Below are positions 26,453 through 34,675 of a DNA stretch of 64,000 nt, piece by piece (position 1 is the stretch's first letter; each line of letters begins with the position of its first letter). This DNA comes from an uncultured Lachnospiraceae bacterium (GTDB lineage: Bacteria; Bacillota; Clostridia; Oscillospirales; CAG-272): the NCBI GenBank assembly GCA_964653575.1, contig CAZZFP010000001.1, positions 36,600 to 100,599 of the forward strand. Direction: 5' to 3'. Made by a program: the position numbers and the translations under genes. The notes under the pieces are model-generated. The model was given only the letters and a program-made list of their open reading frames with translations, ran no database searches and was not told the DNA's origin.

Positions 26453-27679
26453 ATGGCAAAATCAAACTATTTAACAACCATTGCAATCGATACAGAGCGT
26501 TCCACTTTCCACTTCTACTCCATGCCGGGCAGTGACAGCTCCACCATTATCCATAGTATTAAAAATTACGGCGGCGGTCATTTTGACGATGAATTTTTCG
26601 GCAAATTCAAAGACGCCGTCGCCGATTTCGTGGCAGAAAACCCTGCCGACGGTGTGCGGAAAGTGTCGGTCATTCTGCCGGATACCGCCGTGCTGACCGA
26701 TACGGTGAAAATCCCCACTATGCGTGGCTTCGGTCAGACAAAAAAGGCGCTGGATATCACCTTGGGCGGACTGTATCGCAATTATGCCGATTTGCAGATC
26801 GCTTCCCGTGTAGCGGCTCAAAACAAGCAATATGCCACCTATGCCATCACGGCGGTGCAAAAACGAATTGCAACGGCGATCTACGCCGCTTGTTCGGAAA
26901 ACAAACTGTTGGTAGACACCCTGACCTTTGCATCCAACGCTACCGTCGGCGGCGCGACGATCATCAATCCGAAGCTGAAAAACGCGTCCTATCTGCTGCT
27001 TGATCTGAAAGATACCTACGCACGCTTCACTTTCGTGGCTGACGGAAAAGCTGTCGGATATTATATTTTACCATTCGGGTTGGAATTTTTGCGCAAACCG
27101 AAAGTGACACGGGAAGATATGCTGTTCGACCATTCCTATGCTGAACTTTCGGTGCTGAACGCCAGAGAAAAAGCCAAATCCAAGCGGCTGACCGTCATGG
27201 CGATGGAATCCGTTTCCGAGGATGAACAGGATGCCGAGCCTGCGGAAGATGAACAGGTGGAAACCGACGAAACCGCACAAGAAGAAACTACGGAAGAAAC
27301 CGCGGAAAATACGATCATACAGTCCTCGCTGAAGATGTTTACACACAAAGCACGGCGTTTGCCGAAATTTATGCAGAGAGAAATCCCCGAAACCGATGAA
27401 GGCATCCTTTACGAGAATTTTCGTGTGTTCGTCAAGTGGGCGCTGACTTTGATCGCATCCAACGAAAAACTGACAGATATCGCCAAGCCGAAGTTTGTAT
27501 GCGTGAATATGCCGCAGGAGCTTGCCTCTGTTTTGGATGCCGTGAACGAAGAAAGCGAGGAAAACGGTATCTCCTTTACCGCATTGCCGATTTCAGATTA
27601 TGACAGCAATGTGACTGCCAATCTGGAACTGTACGGCGGTTTGTTCCCCAAGCAATTGGCGGCGAACGGAAAGTTCTGA
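26453..27679 (+). CDS. PilM-like (actin-fold) pilus assembly protein with acidic insertion
   Basis: IAIDTERSTF, VSVILPDTAVLTDTVKIPTM and LLLDLKDTYARFTFVADGK resemble the PilM phosphate-1, secretion-motif and phosphate-2 regions. An acidic low-complexity stretch is present (SEDEQDAEPAEDEQVETDETAQEETTEETAE). No TM helix. Confidence 0.45.
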   Translation: MAKSNYLTTIAIDTERSTFHFYSMPGSDSSTIIHSIKNYGGGHFDDEFFGKFKDAVADFVAENPADGVRKVSVILPDTAVLTDTVKIPTMRGFGQTKKALDITLGGLYRNYADLQIASRVAAQNKQYATYAITAVQKRIATAIYAACSENKLLVDTLTFASNATVGGATIINPKLKNASYLLLDLKDTYARFTFVADGKAVGYYILPFGLEFLRKPKVTREDMLFDHSYAELSVLNAREKAKSKRLTVMAMESVSEDEQDAEPAEDEQVETDETAQEETTEETAENTIIQSSLKMFTHKARRLPKFMQREIPETDEGILYENFRVFVKWALTLIASNEKLTDIAKPKFVCVNMPQELASVLDAVNEESEENGISFTALPISDYDSNVTANLELYGGLFPKQLAANGKF

Positions 27680-27689
27680 GGAAGTTCCG

Positions 27690-28478
27690 ATGGATCAATA
27701 TTACACGATTGTTTCGTATATCCTCATGGGAATCATTGGTCTGTGTGTGGGCAGTTTCTTGAATGTGGTCATCTACCGTCTTCCGGAGGGGATGAGCCTT
27801 ACAAAGCCCAATTCTCACTGCCCCAAGTGCAAGTATGAACTGCGTTGGTATGACAATATCCCCGTGCTTTCCTATCTGATGCTGGGGGGCAGATGCAGAA
27901 AATGCAAAAACCACATTTCTTTCCGCTACACAGCAGTGGAAATTGCCAATACGGTGCTGTGGCTGTTGTGCGGATTTCTCTTTCGGGAGAAAAGCATTCC
28001 GCTCGCCTGTATTTATATGGCGGTTTGCTCTGTTTTTATTTGCATATTTTTCATCGATCTGGAACATCAGATCATTTTTGACCGTTTTCAGATTATGCTA
28101 CTGTGCCTTGGCATTGCCAGCATCTTCTTTGACGACAGTTACGGTTGGCTGTCCCATGTGATCGGTGGCGTGGTCGGCTTCGGCGTGTTTTACCTCATCG
28201 GATGGAGTTTTGAAAAGCTCTGCAAAAAAGAGGGTTTGGGCGGCGGTGACATCAAATTGGCAGGTACCGTCGGACTTTTGCTCGGTTGGGAAAAACTGCT
28301 GCTGTCGCTGCTGGTTGCAACCATCCCTGCGGCGATCATCATGTTAATTGCCAAAAAGAGAAACGAAAATGAAAGCAAGCCCTATCCCTTTGCGCCGTTT
28401 TTGGTGTCGGGATTTACGGTAGCAATGTTTTTCGGCGAGCAGATCATTACATGGTATCTGGCTCTGCTTGGATTTTGA
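27690..28478 (+). CDS. pilD: prepilin peptidase (A24 family)
   Basis: Zinc-ribbon CPKCKYEL.WYDNIPV.SY....G.CR.CK..IS.RY, a polytopic membrane domain, and the GGGDIKL catalytic Asp motif. Confidence 0.9.
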   Translation: MDQYYTIVSYILMGIIGLCVGSFLNVVIYRLPEGMSLTKPNSHCPKCKYELRWYDNIPVLSYLMLGGRCRKCKNHISFRYTAVEIANTVLWLLCGFLFREKSIPLACIYMAVCSVFICIFFIDLEHQIIFDRFQIMLLCLGIASIFFDDSYGWLSHVIGGVVGFGVFYLIGWSFEKLCKKEGLGGGDIKLAGTVGLLLGWEKLLLSLLVATIPAAIIMLIAKKRNENESKPYPFAPFLVSGFTVAMFFGEQIITWYLALLGF

Positions 28479-28495
28479 GAAAGTGAGGTGGTTTT

Positions 28496-29707
28496 GTGCC
28501 TACATACAAATATGTTGCGGTTAATTTGGAAAAGAAAAAGCACAAAGGTATTTTCATTGCCGAGGACGAAAAAGATCTGGCAGTGCAACTGACCAAGCAG
28601 AATCTGTATTTGGTGTCCGCAAGGGAATACAAGGCAGGAACACCCTCGGCTTTCTTTACCCTCGGTACAGGTAAGGTGAATTTGTCGGAATTGACGACTT
28701 TTTGCCGTCAGTTTGCCATTATGATCTCTACGGGAGTTATATTGATCGATTGCATAGACTGCTTAAAACAACAACCGTATTCCGCTTATTTTAAATCCAT
28801 TTTGCGGGTTATCAGCGAGGATGTGAAAGGCGGTGCTATACTGTCCGAGGCGCTGGAAAAGCACAAGAAGGTCTTTCCCAATTTCTTTTGCAGTATGGTC
28901 AGAGTAGGTGAACTCAGCGGTAAGCTGGACAGTGTGTTTGTGTCCCTTGCCGACTACTATGAATCGGATGCGGCGATCAAGAGAAAAGTCAAGAGTGCCT
29001 TGGCGTATCCGATGATGCTGGCAGGCATGACCGTCGGCATCGTGATTCTGATGTTGGCGTTTATTGTTCCCACATTCCGAGATACGCTATCGACGTTGCA
29101 GGTAGAGCCTGAGGGTATTACTCTTGTCATATACAATATTTCGGATTTTATTTTGAACTACTGGTCGATTCTGGTATTAACGGTTATTTTCGTTGGCGGC
29201 GGACTGTTCCTATTTTTGAGAACGCGGACCGGCAAAAAGGTTTTTGATGTATTTAAAATCAAGTGTCCGCTCATCGGTCGTGTGCAGGTCAATCTCATAA
29301 CTGCTCGATTTGCCAGAGCGTTCAGCCTGCTTCTGTCCGGCGGTATGGATCTGGCTACGGCATTGGATAATGTTTTGATTATTTTGGACAACAGTTATGT
29401 GGAAGCGAAATTCAAAGAGGCGGCAGAGGATGTGCGGCATGGTGTAACGCTGACCAATGCCTTCCAAAAGCAAAATCTTTTTCCTCAAATGCTGTTACAG
29501 ATGCTCTCTATTGGCGAAAAAACGGCATCATTGGAAGAAGTACTGACCCGTTCGTGCAGATTTTTCGACGAACAGGTGGAATCTTCTCTGAATTCGGTAA
29601 CTTCAAAAATTCAGCCGATCATGCTACTGATCATGGGTGTGGTCGTGGGAACGCTGTTCATTGCGGTCTACTCGCCGATGCTTTCCATTATGAACAACCT
29701 TACATGA
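28496..29707 (+). CDS. pilC: type II secretion system F-family platform protein (PilC/ComGB)
   Basis: Two GspF repeats and three TM segments. 403 aa. GAGGTGG RBS before a GTG start. Confidence 0.85.
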   Translation: MPTYKYVAVNLEKKKHKGIFIAEDEKDLAVQLTKQNLYLVSAREYKAGTPSAFFTLGTGKVNLSELTTFCRQFAIMISTGVILIDCIDCLKQQPYSAYFKSILRVISEDVKGGAILSEALEKHKKVFPNFFCSMVRVGELSGKLDSVFVSLADYYESDAAIKRKVKSALAYPMMLAGMTVGIVILMLAFIVPTFRDTLSTLQVEPEGITLVIYNISDFILNYWSILVLTVIFVGGGLFLFLRTRTGKKVFDVFKIKCPLIGRVQVNLITARFARAFSLLLSGGMDLATALDNVLIILDNSYVEAKFKEAAEDVRHGVTLTNAFQKQNLFPQMLLQMLSIGEKTASLEEVLTRSCRFFDEQVESSLNSVTSKIQPIMLLIMGVVVGTLFIAVYSPMLSIMNNLT

Positions 29708-29722
29708 TCGGGGAGGTAGCGC

Positions 29723-31411
29723 ATGAATATCAATCGAGAACTGTTACAGTTTTACATCTACAAGAAAATAATCAAAAAGAAGCAGGCAGATAAGATTTTA
29801 GAGGATTGTGAACGCCTCGGCGTTCCTCTCCGTGATTATATGCTTGCAAAGGAATATACCACTGAGGCGCGGGAACTGCCCGTGTTGAGCGAATATTACT
29901 GTTTGCCTTATGCGGAGATCGACCTGCTGGACATTGATAAGACCCTGTTCGATCTGTTTACCTTTGAGTTTATGAAGCGGTACAAGGTTATTCCCGTTTC
30001 CATGAGCATCGAGGGCAAACTGCTGGTAGCTACGGCAAGACCCTTGGACTGCACTGCCCTGTCCGCTATTTCAACCCGGATCATTGCTCCTGTGGATTAT
30101 GTGCTTGTTTCGCCGGTGCAAATTGACCGTTATATCGACTCGGTGGCTGCCGTGATCTCTACCTCGGCGGCGTTGGACGATCTGAATACGGAGGGGGATG
30201 CGGCACTGTTCTCCGACAAAGGCGGCGAAAACTCCGATGAAATCGTGGAAAACGATGTAGTCAATAACCCTTCTGTTCGATTGGTGGACTCCATCATTAA
30301 AGAAGCCGTGCCGTATCGAGCCAGCGATATCCACATCGAGCCTTTTGAAAAGGTGGTCAAGGTGCGCTATCGTATCGACGGCGACCTACAGGAGCGTGCG
30401 GAATTCCCGATCAATTCGTATTCTGCCATCTGCGCCCGAATCAAGATCATGGCAGGCTTGGACATTGCGGAAAGAAGAATTCCGCAGGATGGTCGTATCA
30501 ATATGATCGTCGGCGGCAAGGAATTTGACTTCCGTGTGTCATCCCTGCCGACGGTGTTCGGTGAAAAGTTTGTTATCCGTGTGCTTGACAAGACTTCTTT
30601 CCGCTTCACTCGTGCAGATTTGGGCTTTACGGATGAAGAAAACCTTGTGCTGGACAAAATGCTTTCCAAGCCGCATGGTATTATCCTCTTGACCGGACCC
30701 ACAGGCTGCGGTAAGTCCACAACGCTGTACTCTTTTCTAAAAGAGGTCAACACATCGGCAGTGAATATCGTAACGGTCGAAGATCCCGTGGAATACATTA
30801 TGGCAGGTGTCAACCAGACACAGGTTAATACCAAGGCCAATATGACGTTCTCTACGGCTTTGCGTTCCATTCTTCGCCAAGACCCGGATATTATAATGAT
30901 CGGCGAGATGCGCGACGAAGAAACAGCAGAAATTGCCGTCCGAGCCGCCATAACGGGGCACTTGGTGTTTTCCACTTTGCATACCAACGATGCCACCGGT
31001 GCGATTACCCGTCTGGAAGATATGGGCGTGGCAGATTACCTTGTATCGGATGCGCTTGTGGGTGTTATCGCCCAGCGACTGGTCAAACGGCTTTGCCCCG
31101 AATGTAAAAAGCGTGGCAAGACCAATGCAAAGGAAATGGAAATTTTGGGCATTGACGAGCCGATTTCTATTTTCCGTCCACACGGTTGCCAATTCTGCAA
31201 CGGAACGGGCTATAAAGGCAGAATTGCCGTCCACGAGATCATGTATATGAACGAAAATATGCGTTCCGCCGTCGTTCGGGAGCGTAACTTGGAAGTTCTT
31301 CGTGAGCTTGCCAGAGAAAACGGCATGGTCACGCTGTGGAGCTCTTGCAAAAACCTCGTGGAAAAAGGTGTAACAAGCATTCAGGAACTGATGACCTTGA
31401 ATGTAGAATAA
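29723..31411 (+). CDS. pilB: GspE/PilB-family type IV pilus assembly ATPase
   Basis: Walker A LLTGPTGCGKSTTLYS, Asp box, Walker B IIMIGEMRD, His box VFSTLHTND, and a tetracysteine motif CPEC...CQFC. It has an N-terminal T2SSE_N-like domain. Confidence 0.9.
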   Translation: MNINRELLQFYIYKKIIKKKQADKILEDCERLGVPLRDYMLAKEYTTEARELPVLSEYYCLPYAEIDLLDIDKTLFDLFTFEFMKRYKVIPVSMSIEGKLLVATARPLDCTALSAISTRIIAPVDYVLVSPVQIDRYIDSVAAVISTSAALDDLNTEGDAALFSDKGGENSDEIVENDVVNNPSVRLVDSIIKEAVPYRASDIHIEPFEKVVKVRYRIDGDLQERAEFPINSYSAICARIKIMAGLDIAERRIPQDGRINMIVGGKEFDFRVSSLPTVFGEKFVIRVLDKTSFRFTRADLGFTDEENLVLDKMLSKPHGIILLTGPTGCGKSTTLYSFLKEVNTSAVNIVTVEDPVEYIMAGVNQTQVNTKANMTFSTALRSILRQDPDIIMIGEMRDEETAEIAVRAAITGHLVFSTLHTNDATGAITRLEDMGVADYLVSDALVGVIAQRLVKRLCPECKKRGKTNAKEMEILGIDEPISIFRPHGCQFCNGTGYKGRIAVHEIMYMNENMRSAVVRERNLEVLRELARENGMVTLWSSCKNLVEKGVTSIQELMTLNVE

Positions 31412-31476
31412 CAAATGTTTAAGCGGCGGAGATATTCTCTTGACGAGTCTTTTGAATTTTTCGCTTTTGTTACGAT

Positions 31477-31529
31477 GGCTCCGGCGTTGAAAAAGACCTT
31501 AAAAATGGTCTCTCGGATACGCCGGAGCC
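31477..31529. repeat. nested GC-rich inverted repeat
   Basis: Perfect 11-bp arms GGCTCCGGCGT (31477-31487) / ACGCCGGAGCC (31519-31529) enclose an inner hairpin AGACC-N8-GGTCT. No U-run follows on the + strand. Confidence 0.6.
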
Positions 31530-31896
31530 CTTCCGATCGCGGCCGACAGTGACGGATAATACTTAAAGTCACGGCATAATTGTTATGAAGAATGCAGAAA
31601 ACTCAAAATAATTCTTCAAAAATGTAGTGTTACAATAGATGTGAGACTGAAAAGCAAAAAAAGACAGACAAAGTGACCAAGTTCCGTTAAAATAGAATCA
31701 TAACAACTTTTCCAACTGAAAGAACTCGATCGCTTCATAAGTAATTATATACAAACAAACGCACTCTTTCAGTTCCGCACTCGCCTCGGGAAATATTCTG
31801 TTTCCGCTTGCGGAACGCGGTTGTTTAGACCGCGAGGAATATTTCGGAACGGCGTAATTTGATTTTCATTTTACCACTAACAGCGCACGCCGTTCA

Positions 31897-31938
31897 GTGG
31901 ACGTTATTTTGTACGGAGAAGGAGAGATTTAAGAACTC
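31897..31938 (-). repeat. partial second copy of the tRNA-Ser 3' end plus its downstream flank
   Basis: The 34 nt at 31897-31930 are identical to 32061-32094 (GTGGACGTTATTTTGTACGGAGAAGGAGAGATTT). A 2-nt insertion follows, then GAACTC is again shared. The copy covers the acceptor 3' strand and part of the T-arm. Confidence 0.7.
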
Positions 31939-32040
31939 AGCCAAGCAAGCTTGGCTCCAAGAATGTTTTTTGTATTTCAACTTTTTTACTCCCGCTTGCA
32001 TTCTTGCGGACAGTTCCGCTTGACCCACGCTTCTCCGCAC

Positions 32041-32068
32041 AAAAAAACGCCCACCTCTCGGTGGACGT
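32041..32068 (-). terminator. rho-independent terminator of tRNA-Ser
   Basis: On the minus strand: ACGTCCACC-GAGA-GGTGGGCGT followed by T7. Confidence 0.7.
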
Positions 32069-32077
32069 TATTTTGTA

Positions 32078-32166
32078 CGGAGAAGGAGAGATTTGAACTC
32101 TCGCGCCGGTTAGCCCGACCTACACCCTTAGCAGGGGCGCCTCTTCGGCCTCTTGAGTACTTCTCC
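32078..32166 (-). tRNA. tRNA-Ser (GCU)
   Basis: The minus strand reads GGAGAAG-TA-CTCAAGAGGCCGAAGAG-G-CGCCC-CTGCTAA-GGGTG, then a long variable arm, then GAGAG-TTCAAAT-CTCTC-CTTCTCC-G. The cloverleaf was folded by eye. CCA is not encoded. Confidence 0.9.
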
Positions 32167-32340
32167 AAAAATACTTGTAGGCGACCGTTGCATTGACCTA
32201 CAAGCGATATTATACCTCAAAACAAATGATTTGTCAATGCCTAAATCAAAGTTTGAAGAGCAAAGATGTAAAAAAAATATGAACTCGGCAACTTTCAAAA
32301 AGCGATCGTCGCCGAGTATACCAAATTAAAGGTCTGCAAT

Positions 32341-32796
32341 TCAAGAGATCTTACTCTCATCGTTTTTCAATGTATCGCCAAGACGCGGCGAGCTTTGAAT
32401 ATTCGGTCTTGTACAGTGCTTGATTATATCAGCCCTCGTTACTATACCAATAAACGCGCCTCTGTCATCGGTAACAGGTATAAAATTTTGATGGAGTGCC
32501 CTTTGCAGTAAAACATCCATACTTACATCGATCTTTACCGCCGGATTATAATCGTATCTGATGATATCCTTTATCTTATATTGTTCCTGAGATCTCATAC
32601 TGCCGTCGCCCGTTGCTATTATATGCCATAGAAAGTCACCCTCGCTCACGCATCCGACATAAATGCCTTCATCGGATATCACAGGAACTGCCGTGTATCC
32701 GTATATTCTCATTTTTTCAAGACCCTGACGCAAGGTATTGCTATCATAAATATAGCACACGCTGCTCTTACGCAAAAGAAGCTTTATCACGTTCAT
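32341..32796 (-). CDS. CBS-pair domain protein
   Basis: Two CBS motifs (GYTAVPVISDEGIYVGCVSEGD; NFIPVTDDRGAFIGIVTRADI). The probable start is Met at 32796. Confidence 0.75.
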   Translation of the reverse strand: MNVIKLLLRKSSVCYIYDSNTLRQGLEKMRIYGYTAVPVISDEGIYVGCVSEGDFLWHIIATGDGSMRSQEQYKIKDIIRYDYNPAVKIDVSMDVLLQRALHQNFIPVTDDRGAFIGIVTRADIIKHCTRPNIQSSPRLGDTLKNDESKIS

Positions 32797-32995
32797 ATCA
32801 ATCTCCCTTCCGCCGCCCACGGCGGCAAAATAATAGTTGGAAACACATATTGAGCGACATCCGCCGTCATATATATTCTAACATAAACCAAAGCTTTTTG
32901 CAACAGAAAAAGCGCGAAAATCGGCGTTCGCAAGTTAATTTACAATATGTAAATCAAAGCAAAATAAATTTAATTTCGCCTTTAATTTCATTAAA

Positions 32996-33028
32996 TTAAA
33001 AAACGGACTGCCGTAAAAAAGCAGTCCG
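32996..33028 (-). terminator. rho-independent terminator of the LRR lipoprotein gene
   Basis: On the minus strand: CGGACTGC-N9-GCAGTCCG followed by TTTTTT. Confidence 0.65.
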
Positions 33029-33047
33029 CAAATATAAAATCTCTTAA

Positions 33048-33842
33048 TTACTTTGTGGGATATCCGCTTGCCGTAACGTACCAGGCAGCATATGATCCCG
33101 TAGGAGCTTCAACAAGCGCAACAACGCTGTCCTCGCTCTCCTGTAAGCTTCCAAATGCAAACTCACCGATAGCTTCTATATTTTCGGTAAGCTTAACACT
33201 TGCGAGCTTACTGCAAGCCCAAAATACCTGCTTACCCAAAATCTTTACTTTTGAGGGGATCTCAACGGATGTAATACCTGTGCAGCCCCAGAAAGCATAA
33301 TCGCCGATGTTTTCGAGCGATTTGGGAAGTTCAAGAGTGCTTATCGACGTACAGCCATAGAAGGCGCCGTCACCGATCGAGGTAACGGTTGAAGGAAGCG
33401 GAAAGCTTGCAAGCTTTGCACAGTAAGCAAAAGCATATTTGCCTACTTCCGTAACTGTCTCCGGAACCTTTACCGATGTAAGAAGCTTGCAGCTTGCAAA
33501 GGCATAATCGCCTATTGACTTAACCGTATCGGGAAGTTCAACCGAAGTTATCGAATTGTTGCCGTAGAAAGCCTTTTCTCCGATAGCGACTACCTCTCTG
33601 TCGTCAATCATATCGGGTACCTTTACTTCGTGAAGGCCGTATGAGATATCATCTCCCGTATAACCTGTAATAATCGCCGTATCGCCTGCTCCGATCTCGT
33701 ACGTAAAATCGGTCATCTCGGCAACACTACCGGTCTCGTCTTCATTGCCCTGATCTGTGTCATCACCTTTATCGTCTTTGTTACAAGAAAGCAAAGTAAA
33801 AATCATCATAGCCGCAAGAATAAGGGCTAAAAACTTTTTCAT
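33048..33842 (-). CDS. BspA-type leucine-rich-repeat (LRR_5) lipoprotein
   Basis: MKKFLALILAAMMIFTLLSC is a lipobox signal. Repeated units of the form I.IG.YAF..C..LTSV.LP..V..IG..AF follow. Confidence 0.8.
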   Translation of the reverse strand: MKKFLALILAAMMIFTLLSCNKDDKGDDTDQGNEDETGSVAEMTDFTYEIGAGDTAIITGYTGDDISYGLHEVKVPDMIDDREVVAIGEKAFYGNNSITSVELPDTVKSIGDYAFASCKLLTSVKVPETVTEVGKYAFAYCAKLASFPLPSTVTSIGDGAFYGCTSISTLELPKSLENIGDYAFWGCTGITSVEIPSKVKILGKQVFWACSKLASVKLTENIEAIGEFAFGSLQESEDSVVALVEAPTGSYAAWYVTASGYPTK

Positions 33843-34023
33843 AATTAACCTCCGAAAAGTATTGATACTGCAAATTGATCGCAATAATTCATTGTTACCT
33901 ATATATTATACTTATTTATTGCTCGATTGTCAATAGGATACTTATCGTCTATTGTTAATAATTTGCAAAATAATCACAATTATGCCGAATTTATCAGTGC
34001 ACTTTGGATTTTGTTGCCGAATA

Positions 34024-34629
34024 TCAGCCGAGTATCGAATCGATCACCTCTGCCTCTGCCTCGGCAAGCTTTTCAAGGCACTCCGAGCTTTGGAGGAAAG
34101 CCGAATCCTCGGGATTGGTATGGAAGCCGTGCTCTACAAGGATCGAGCGCTTGCATCCGGACGCAACACTGTTTCTGATAACACTGTAGAAATCCACGCC
34201 GGGATTGTCGGGATATGCACGGGTCTTGATACCTCTGTTTTCCGTGTGCATAACCTCGGCGATCTTATTTACAAGTGCCTCGGCAAGCGGAACATTAAGC
34301 TCGGGCTGAGTAAGCGTATAGTACGCGCAAACGCCTCTTACAAGCGGATATCTTTCGGGCGGTGTTGCGGTTCCGGGGGCGTTGGAATGAAGGGAGAGGA
34401 AAAGCTCTGCACCGTTATTCCCCGCCATATATCCTCTATCCTCAAGGGACGGATCGTCGTCAAGCTCGGGTCTTGTCGTAAGCACCTGAAAGCCTCTTTT
34501 TTCGAGCGCTTTTTTCAGGAAGCAGGAAAGAATATAGTTCTGCGTCCCCTCATAAAAGCCTTCTTTTGTGGTATGTGGATTGTTGTATCTTCCGTGACCC
34601 GGATCGATAACTATGAGACATTTGGACAT
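34024..34629 (-). CDS. N-acetylmuramoyl-L-alanine amidase (Amidase_3)
   Basis: VIDPGHG, LFLSLHSNA and LVEHGFHTN zinc-ligand motifs. Confidence 0.85.
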   Translation of the reverse strand: MSKCLIVIDPGHGRYNNPHTTKEGFYEGTQNYILSCFLKKALEKRGFQVLTTRPELDDDPSLEDRGYMAGNNGAELFLSLHSNAPGTATPPERYPLVRGVCAYYTLTQPELNVPLAEALVNKIAEVMHTENRGIKTRAYPDNPGVDFYSVIRNSVASGCKRSILVEHGFHTNPEDSAFLQSSECLEKLAEAEAEVIDSILG

Positions 34630-34675
34630 TTTCGGTTCTCCTTTGTTTTAAGTTATATATTTATATTTGGACGGA

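Noticed and set aside
24480-32100. Calling the pilus block an active mobile element (ICE/prophage/genomic island with boundaries)
   Set aside because: No integrase, recombinase, relaxase or transposase ORF is present. The duplicated tRNA fragment does not flank the block, because the two copies are only 130 bp apart. Only a compositional and contextual hint of past transfer remains.
31951-32196. 81-aa and 60-aa ORFs overlapping tRNA-Ser; likewise the 62-aa ORF at 58130-58318 overlapping tRNA-Thr/Tyr
   Set aside because: The sequence folds into canonical tRNA cloverleaves with their own promoter and terminators. The ORFs are chance frames.
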